A stretch of 64,000 nt of DNA from a virus. Both the position numbers and the translations under genes were made by a program. Shown piece by piece: positions 58,325 to 64,000 of this stretch (positions are counted from its first letter, which is position 1; each line of letters opens with the position of its first letter). The notes under the pieces were generated by a model, which was not told the DNA's origin, did no database searches, and worked only from the letters and a program-made list of their open reading frames with translations. The stretch lies in IMG/VR virus record IMGVR_UViG_3300025418_000011. One strand, given 5' to 3'.

Positions 58325-58539
58325 CAACAAAACAAAGACTAACAACTATAAGCACAGTAATTCTCGGTGTACTTGAAGACAAAACAGTACCTTCCGAAAT
58401 AACTAATCTCTGTGTTGAATTAAACAGAGCTATAGAAAATTGGATTAAAGCTGAACATAAAAACGACCTGACCGTTACCCCTGAAAAAATAAGTGAGGTA
58501 ATGCAAGAAAGTGGATTTCAAAAAGACAGACTTATATAA
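58321..58539 (+). CDS. hypothetical protein
   Basis: ORF overlapping neighbours. Confidence 0.5.
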   Translation: MTTKQRLTTISTVILGVLEDKTVPSEITNLCVELNRAIENWIKAEHKNDLTVTPEKISEVMQESGFQKDRLI

Positions 58540-58732
58540 GTTACTTCAATTGCTAAAAAAGGGAAGAACTCGTTGGTTTTTCTTTTGGATGAAGTGGAAG
58601 AGAGCTTACGACATACAAACATATGAAATTTTTTTAAACCATTCTAAACATCTGATATACTATGGGAATGCTTTAAACTATGTTTTATTAAATCCTGAAA
58701 AAAATAATGCTAAAGGCCAACATCACAGATAA
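58511..58732 (+). CDS. hypothetical protein
   Basis: ORF overlapping neighbours. Confidence 0.4.
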   Translation: MDFKKTDLYKLLQLLKKGRTRWFFFWMKWKRAYDIQTYEIFLNHSKHLIYYGNALNYVLLNPEKNNAKGQHHR

Positions 58733-58973
58733 ACAAAAGGCGGGGTTATACGTGGACTTTTATAAACTATATAAAACAGGTTCACCTAAGGGAACAGTTG
58801 GTCTTTCTGATACAGAGATGGCAATGAAGTTTGATCTTCTTATGAGAGAATTTTTAGCCGAACAAGAAACTTTTCCTGGACGGGAACGTCTACGTAGGCT
58901 AGGTTTCAAAATAGAAGAGCCTAAAAATGAAAGTAAAACAACTCATAGAGAAGCTACAAACGTTGGATCCTGA
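58707..58973 (+). CDS. hypothetical protein
   Basis: 88-aa ORF. Confidence 0.5.
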   Translation: MLKANITDKQKAGLYVDFYKLYKTGSPKGTVGLSDTEMAMKFDLLMREFLAEQETFPGRERLRRLGFKIEEPKNESKTTHREATNVGS

Positions 58974-59172
58974 GCTGTTGGTTTTAGTTGATGGTTATGA
59001 AGACGGATATCACAGCCCGGAAGATATAAGAAAAATATCTGTACATGGCCCTTATGAGGGAAAGCCGTATTGGGACGGTGAATATGAATTAAACAATCCA
59101 AAATATAATAGGAAAAATCCAATGCCTGATTTAGAGGCAGTGTATTTACCTAGATTCAGGGTAGATGGCTGA
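58927..59172 (+). CDS. conserved small phage protein
   Basis: MKVKQLIEKLQTLDPELLVLVDGYEDG pattern. Confidence 0.65.
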   Translation: MKVKQLIEKLQTLDPELLVLVDGYEDGYHSPEDIRKISVHGPYEGKPYWDGEYELNNPKYNRKNPMPDLEAVYLPRFRVDG

Positions 59173-59249
59173 GTTGGTCTAAGGCGCTCGACTTGAAATC
59201 GAGAGAACTTTAAAAGGTTCCGTGGGTTCGAATCCTACTCTACCCGCCA
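59159..59249 (+). tRNA. tRNA-Ser(UGA)
   Basis: GGGTAGA/TCTACCC, CTCGA-CTTGAAA-TCGAG, long variable arm, G73, CCA. Confidence 0.9.
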
Positions 59250-59258
59250 GTTTAAAAT

Positions 59259-59334
59259 GCACTCGTAGCTCAGAGGATAGAGCAGGGGTTTTCTAAACCC
59301 TTGGCCGCAGGTTCGAATCCTGCCGGGTGCGCCA
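59259..59334 (+). tRNA. tRNA-Arg(UCU)
   Basis: GCACTCG/CGGGTGC, GGGGT-TTTCTAA-ACCCT, CCA. Confidence 0.9.
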
Positions 59335-59338
59335 CTTT

Positions 59339-59412
59339 GGAACCGTAGCTCAATTGGTTAGAGCATCTCACTTTTAATGAGAGGGTTCTGGGTTCAAGTC
59401 CCAGCGGTTCCA
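59339..59412 (+). tRNA. tRNA-Lys(UUU), CCA not encoded (CAA)
   Basis: GGAACCG/CGGTTCC, TCTCA-CTTTTAA-TGAGA. Confidence 0.9.
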
Positions 59413-59426
59413 CAAACTAAAAACAA

Positions 59427-59630
59427 ATGAAACTAAATCAAACACCTGTATTAACACATTGGCAGTATATTGCATTAAAGCTAAGGCTAGTATTTTCAAT
59501 ACGTAATTTATGTATTTTTTACATAGCCGGCACTGTTCTATTTTTTACCTATTCACATATAATAAGAAAGTATTATGGTAGTCACCCAACTCCTATCAGC
59601 ATAGGGCTACAGCATACAGATAATCAATGA
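59427..59630 (+). CDS. small membrane protein
   Basis: One TM; overlaps uvsE start. Confidence 0.45.
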   Translation: MKLNQTPVLTHWQYIALKLRLVFSIRNLCIFYIAGTVLFFTYSHIIRKYYGSHPTPISIGLQHTDNQ

Positions 59631-60541
59631 ATACCAGACTAGGCTATTGCTGCATTTCATTAGGAGAGCACAAATCAACCTTTAAGACTATAACCCTAAC
59701 AAGAGCGGCAGAATTAGGGCTGGGATCAGAAGAGTTGAGAAATAAGTTGCATGGAATATGGAAGCATAATCTGGAAGAACATAACAGGGTGTTGCAATAT
59801 AACATGCTGAATAATTTTAAGTTATTCAGAATAAGTAGCGCACTGTTTCCATTGGCGGATCACATAAATTTCAGATATCTATGGACAGAGTTTATATCTG
59901 AAGAATTTTCTGATATATGGAATACAGCTAGGGTTACTACTGAGCTTTACTTAAAAGATGGAAGGCTAACCATGCATCCTGATCAGTTTGTAAGTTTAGG
60001 TAGTCCTAATGAAAATGTGAGAGCTAACTCAATAAATAATCTGGAGTTTCATAGTACCTTTCTTTCTCTTTTGGGTATACCTGTTAATAAAACTTGTCCA
60101 TTAAACATCCACCTAAGCAGCGGCAAAGACAATATAGCGAATTTAGACTACTTCAGGGAAAGCATAAACAGGCTTTCTTTTGGCGTTACTAACCGACTAG
60201 TGTTTGAAAATGAAGACAAAAGCTTCTGGACGTGGCAAAAAATCAGGAAATATTTCCCGTTGTTCCCTGTAACTCTAGACTTTCACCACAGAAACATAAA
60301 TAATGAGGGCGAGAGTGTAGAAGAGGCTGCGGCAAATTGTATATATTCCTGGGGGAGCTCTAGACCATTGATGCATATATCAGAAGGGAAAGCAGGCCCT
60401 GCAGATAGAACGCATCATGATTATGTTGAAGAATTGCCTGATGAAATAGTTAAAAAGTACAGTGTGGATTTAGAGGTAGAAGCAAAGAAAAAAAACTTGG
60501 CAGTTTTGAAGTTAAGAGATAAATATAAAGAATTAATCTGA
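59627..60541 (+). CDS. uvsE: UV DNA damage endonuclease
   Basis: LGYCC, FRISSALFP, MHPDQF, LNIH, FENED, DFHH, H.DY, EAKKKNLA motifs. Confidence 0.92.
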   Translation: MNTRLGYCCISLGEHKSTFKTITLTRAAELGLGSEELRNKLHGIWKHNLEEHNRVLQYNMLNNFKLFRISSALFPLADHINFRYLWTEFISEEFSDIWNTARVTTELYLKDGRLTMHPDQFVSLGSPNENVRANSINNLEFHSTFLSLLGIPVNKTCPLNIHLSSGKDNIANLDYFRESINRLSFGVTNRLVFENEDKSFWTWQKIRKYFPLFPVTLDFHHRNINNEGESVEEAAANCIYSWGSSRPLMHISEGKAGPADRTHHDYVEELPDEIVKKYSVDLEVEAKKKNLAVLKLRDKYKELI

Positions 60542-60771
60542 TGTACGTACCTACTAAAAACTTCCCGGAAACCCCAGACCAAGACATATATTGTGAAATG
60601 ACTGGAGAGAGTTATAGTTGGGTGGATGGGGATGATGTAAGTCTACTTCCACCACATCTCGCTCCTGGGGCGATAGAGAGACTACCAAACAGGTTTTATC
60701 AACACCCTAAAGTAATAAATAGCGGGAACCAAATAAAAGTATTGTTTGTTCCTATAACCCCTGACGCATAA
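60541..60771 (+). CDS. hypothetical protein
   Basis: Coupled ORF. Confidence 0.55.
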   Translation: MYVPTKNFPETPDQDIYCEMTGESYSWVDGDDVSLLPPHLAPGAIERLPNRFYQHPKVINSGNQIKVLFVPITPDA

Positions 60772-61424
60772 TGAGCTATATCTCGGTAATACATCCCACA
60801 AGAGAAAGACCAGAAATGGCTATCAAAGTAAGAGAAGCCTTCTTGAGCAGGGCTAAGCGGCCTGGAAATGTTGAATATATTTTTGGGTTTTCAGAAGACG
60901 ATGAGGGTAGTAAAAAACTTATAGGTTTTGACCATGTTATAACCCCCAAAAGAGATGACGGTCTGCCTACCACGGTACAGAACTCGAACGCCGCATTTAG
61001 TAAAAGTGTGGGGAAAGTAATTGTTTTTGGGGCGGATGACATAGATCCTCCTGAAGATTGGGACACTTCAATAATAGAAGATATTCCTGACCCGTCCCAG
61101 CCTGTGGTATTAGCTGTGGGTGATGGTTGTAGAGGGGATGGATTATTAACTCACCCTGTATTCACTAGAGTTGTGCCTGGTTTACTAGGCTTAAACGAAA
61201 ATGAGATGTTTTCAGGGGAATACGACCACCTGTATGTAGATAGAGAGTTTACACACAGAGCAAATAAACTAGGCATAATAAAAAGAACAAAACTCACGTT
61301 TAATCATATGCATCCATTTTTCGGTAAAGGACAAATGGATAATGTGTATGCTTTAGGAAATAACAATGAAAGCTATATCAGAGGAGAAAGAATCTTCAGA
61401 AGAAGAAATCCAGACGCACCCTGA
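60771..61424 (+). CDS. glycosyltransferase family 2
   Basis: ISVIHPTRER, GADD (DxD), YVDREFT, H.HP motifs. Confidence 0.8.
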   Translation: MSYISVIHPTRERPEMAIKVREAFLSRAKRPGNVEYIFGFSEDDEGSKKLIGFDHVITPKRDDGLPTTVQNSNAAFSKSVGKVIVFGADDIDPPEDWDTSIIEDIPDPSQPVVLAVGDGCRGDGLLTHPVFTRVVPGLLGLNENEMFSGEYDHLYVDREFTHRANKLGIIKRTKLTFNHMHPFFGKGQMDNVYALGNNNESYIRGERIFRRRNPDAP

Positions 61425-61620
61425 GAAAGGTGTAGAAATAAAAGAAACGGCCTTCTGGAAAGTGTGGAATGTCTTGAGAGAAACCGAGGAGTATTTTTTA
61501 AATTTGGATACTTCAAAGTTTTCAGAAGATCAAAAAGAAGAGGCCAACCATATCTTAGATAAAGTGAGCTGGGGATTGTGCCATATCACAACACCTATGC
61601 AAAAGCTCAAACACAAATAG
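61366..61620 (+). CDS. hypothetical protein
   Basis: 84-aa ORF. Confidence 0.45.
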   Translation: MKAISEEKESSEEEIQTHPEKGVEIKETAFWKVWNVLRETEEYFLNLDTSKFSEDQKEEANHILDKVSWGLCHITTPMQKLKHK

Positions 61621-61624
61621 TGGG

Positions 61625-61652
61625 TTGACAAACACCTCTATTGAGTTAGTAT
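61625..61652 (+). promoter_or_regulatory. sigma70-type promoter
   Basis: TTGACA-16 nt-TAGTAT, predicting a start near 61658. Confidence 0.6.
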
Positions 61653-61657
61653 GAATT

Positions 61658-61832
61658 TCTCCTACAGTCATAGTCGTCCTGCCCGGAGGTGGTTAGGCGC
61701 GCTCTGACTGTGACGGGTCTCCCTGAGAAGAGACTCTAGGGACAGCGAGTAATCGGGGCTTATCAGTTAACGCTAGCCACTCAGCTAGTATTGCTGCTCT
61801 AGGTCTTTACCCGTAGCTATGATTGTAGGAGA
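61658..61832 (+). ncRNA. rod-shaped structured RNA candidate (possibly 6S-like)
   Basis: 16-bp closing stem 61658-61673/61817-61832; inner stems 61688-61699/61771-61781 and 61705-61713/61760-61769; apical hairpins including a GTAA tetraloop. Confidence 0.6.
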
Positions 61833-61849
61833 CGCTAACACTTAAAACC

Positions 61850-62167
61850 ATGTTTAACTTATTCCCAACATTACTGGCATACGACCCATTAAAAGAATTT
61901 TTTGAAGAGCAGAGAGGAATATGGGTGTGGAGTAAAAACACTCCTGTAAAAAACGTAGAGGAATGGAATGAACGCCTCAAACTAGCCAACGGAGAATGGG
62001 ATGTTGCATTTTGGAAGCTCTATGAAGATTATGAGGATCTGATTTGTAATATCTCCCAACCAGACACAACCAAAGAAAGAGTGGCAGAGCTAGAAAAAGA
62101 ATTAGCTAAAAAGAATAAACAAATCACAAAGCTCAAAAGTGAAATAAAGAAATTAAAAGGTAAGTGA
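61850..62167 (+). CDS. hypothetical protein with C-terminal coiled coil
   Basis: 105-aa ORF. Confidence 0.6.
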   Translation: MFNLFPTLLAYDPLKEFFEEQRGIWVWSKNTPVKNVEEWNERLKLANGEWDVAFWKLYEDYEDLICNISQPDTTKERVAELEKELAKKNKQITKLKSEIKKLKGK

Positions 62168-62338
62168 TGAAACCAGCCCAAATAATACTAACGCTATCTA
62201 TCATTCTGTATATAGTTTGCTTTTTAGCTCTGTTAAAAGATTGAATGAGAAGATCAGAGCTAGACACAGTTAAAATAATAATAATTTCTATAGTAACAAC
62301 TATACTAATCGCGATACTTTTAAACTTAAAAGCAGCAA

Positions 62339-62923
62339 ATGATTACAAAAATTCAAGTTCAGGATATATACAAGACCAGGGAGATCTGCAATAACAAGCA
62401 TGATTGGAATGTTTTAATCTCTTTATACGACCCTGACAGCTTAGAAGATATAAAAGAATTAAAAGAAGCTAACATTAAAAACAACCCAGGTGTGGTGCAT
62501 CATGTGGAGGAGTTCAACGATTTAGATGAAACATGGATGTATAGAAAGCCCTTCACAGAAGAAGAGTTGGAGAGATGGATAGATGATCCTTATTTTAACG
62601 ACCAGAAGGGACCATGCTATAAAAATCTGCTCAATATCATAGCTGTGGGCAGAGAATTAAAGGCCATGGACGAAAGCTTTAATGTGTTGGTTCATTGCCA
62701 TGCCGGGGTATCAAGAAGCACAGCCACAGCAATAATTCTCAGATATCTCAATGGAATGACAGAGGAAGAGGCTATTATGGCTACATTTAAAGATAGGCGT
62801 TGTATGTGGCCAAATCAGTTGATGCTTAGGTTGGCAGATAAAATTCTAGATTCAAATTTATATCCTGCTATATTACTATGGAAAGAAGAGGAAAATAAAA
62901 AACCCTTCGGATCAAACTTGTGA
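62339..62923 (+). CDS. protein-tyrosine/dual-specificity phosphatase-like protein
   Basis: VHCHAGVSRSTA CX5R(S/T) P-loop; MWPNQLM. Confidence 0.85.
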   Translation: MITKIQVQDIYKTREICNNKHDWNVLISLYDPDSLEDIKELKEANIKNNPGVVHHVEEFNDLDETWMYRKPFTEEELERWIDDPYFNDQKGPCYKNLLNIIAVGRELKAMDESFNVLVHCHAGVSRSTATAIILRYLNGMTEEEAIMATFKDRRCMWPNQLMLRLADKILDSNLYPAILLWKEEENKKPFGSNL

Positions 62924-63064
62924 AAAAAAAGAAAAAGAATCTTCCAACGCATAAAACTTTCGGGGCAGCTATAGCAGCCTTCTGGGAGTCTAGAGGAGTT
63001 AGTTCTAGTCAGTGGCAGTTAAAAGGAAAAAAGATAATATACGGAAACAAAACAAAATAAACAT

Positions 63065-63208
63065 ATGGGTAAAGGATCATTTCCAAGAAGCAATAACACA
63101 AAAAAGTTCTGGGATAACTTTGACAACATTAAGTTCCAGAAAAAGAAAGATGAGCCTAATCTGAAGAAGACGTGCAAGAAAATCAAGAAAACGTACAAAT
63201 ACAAATAA
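63065..63208 (+). CDS. small basic phage protein
   Basis: MGKGSFPR...FWDNFDNI; 47 aa, read manually. Confidence 0.5.
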   Translation: MGKGSFPRSNNTKKFWDNFDNIKFQKKKDEPNLKKTCKKIKKTYKYK

Positions 63209-63222
63209 TCACTCCTCCTGGG

Positions 63223-63549
63223 ATGATGGGTCCAGAAGAGGGATATCTTGTTGAGAGTATTATCAGAGCAGTAGCAGAATATTATGCAAGTGATGGTGAA
63301 TGGGCAGACAAATATGGGCTCCATCACGAGGATAATCCTGTATTCTCCATGAAAAGCTATTGCTGGTGCGAGGAGGAGGATTGCCGTTGGTGTAAAGAAG
63401 ACGGAGAACCGAACTTTCACTACAAGCCTCTGGATCTGAAAGTATGGTGGTATAAGTACATAGGTAGAGACATGCACTACAACAAGGGGATATCTATTCC
63501 TGAGTGCGCGGATATGTTTAAAGCCTGCATAGACTACCAAAATAAATAA
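63223..63549 (+). CDS. hypothetical Cys-rich protein
   Basis: YCWCEEEDC...PNFHYKP...WWYKYIGR pattern. Confidence 0.6.
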   Translation: MMGPEEGYLVESIIRAVAEYYASDGEWADKYGLHHEDNPVFSMKSYCWCEEEDCRWCKEDGEPNFHYKPLDLKVWWYKYIGRDMHYNKGISIPECADMFKACIDYQNK

Positions 63550-63646
63550 CCCCCTCTCCGGGATATCACATATTATTTGGTATAGTAAATTGATGAGGGA
63601 AAATATGCCCTCTGCAGTTTAACCCTAACCAAACACATTAAAAATC

Positions 63647-63955
63647 ATGAGTAACCGGAGAAATCCGTTGGTAGCCAAACTAGAAATTCGCACAGAAAAA
63701 GAATGGCTAAATAAAATAAACAAACTTAGCGAAGATATCAGAAAGCCGGTAGCCTACCTTGTTTGGTGGGATTTCTTTGCAAGTCTTACTTATTATGAAA
63801 GAGCCAAGGGATTTGACAAATATATAAAACCTGATTCTACAGAATATCCACCAGAAAAGGTTATAACTAACCTTATTAGGGTTGGATATCCCAGAGAAAT
63901 GGCAGAAGCTAGGTTAAGCGGTAAAGGCGGCAGAATACATGCCACCAAAGACTAA
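63647..63955 (+). CDS. hypothetical protein
   Basis: 102-aa ORF followed by a terminator. Confidence 0.65.
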   Translation: MSNRRNPLVAKLEIRTEKEWLNKINKLSEDIRKPVAYLVWWDFFASLTYYERAKGFDKYIKPDSTEYPPEKVITNLIRVGYPREMAEARLSGKGGRIHATKD

Positions 63956-63964
63956 TAGAGAACT

Positions 63965-63990
63965 GGGGGAGTAAAATCCCCCTTTTCTTT
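63965..63990 (+). terminator. intrinsic terminator
   Basis: GGGGGA-GTAAAA-TCCCCC plus TTTTCTTT. Confidence 0.75.
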
Positions 63991-64000
63991 AGCTATTCCC

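Noticed and set aside
61721-61760. Hammerhead ribozyme (CTGAAGA core-like)
   Set aside because: No GAAA after a stem II and no compatible three-way junction.
1-64000. Alternative genetic code (stop-codon reassignment)
   Set aside because: Long conserved genes are intact under code 11, TGA and TAG end genes with tight coupling, and no suppressor tRNA was seen; the TGA-anticodon tRNA is Ser reading UCA.

Overview
This window is a 64-kb segment of a large, AT-rich tailed dsDNA bacteriophage genome (standard genetic code), in three transcription blocks. (1) 1-30762 (+) carries a DUF3150/DUF1257/DUF2997-like module and the replication/recombination genes (SbcD/SbcC-like nuclease, SF2 helicase, primase, DnaB-like helicase, a divergent family-A DNA polymerase with an N-terminal UDG-like domain, putative SSB, RecA, RuvC-like resolvase), plus repair and accessory genes. 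(2) 30775-51853 (-) is a late block: putative portal, several collagen-like fibre proteins, a GT2-TPR glycosyltransferase and a GH108 endolysin lysis cassette. (3) 51983-64000 (+) is an accessory block with metallophosphoesterases, seven tRNAs, UvsE, a second GT2, a CX5R phosphatase and a ~175-nt structured RNA candidate. The most notable system is a phage-encoded ubiquitin-like conjugation locus at 16124-20470. It has a small Ubl candidate ending LVGG-ASL, a 690-aa unknown, an intact JAB/JAMM protease and a minimal ThiF/E1-like enzyme. Other highlights are a rod-shaped, possibly 6S-like ncRNA with its own sigma70-type promoter, tRNA-Ile(UAU) with a long variable arm, tRNA-Leu(UAA) with a short one, and foldon-like motifs in a collagen fibre next to a glycosyltransferase. 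All family assignments come from motifs recognised by eye; no database search was run.
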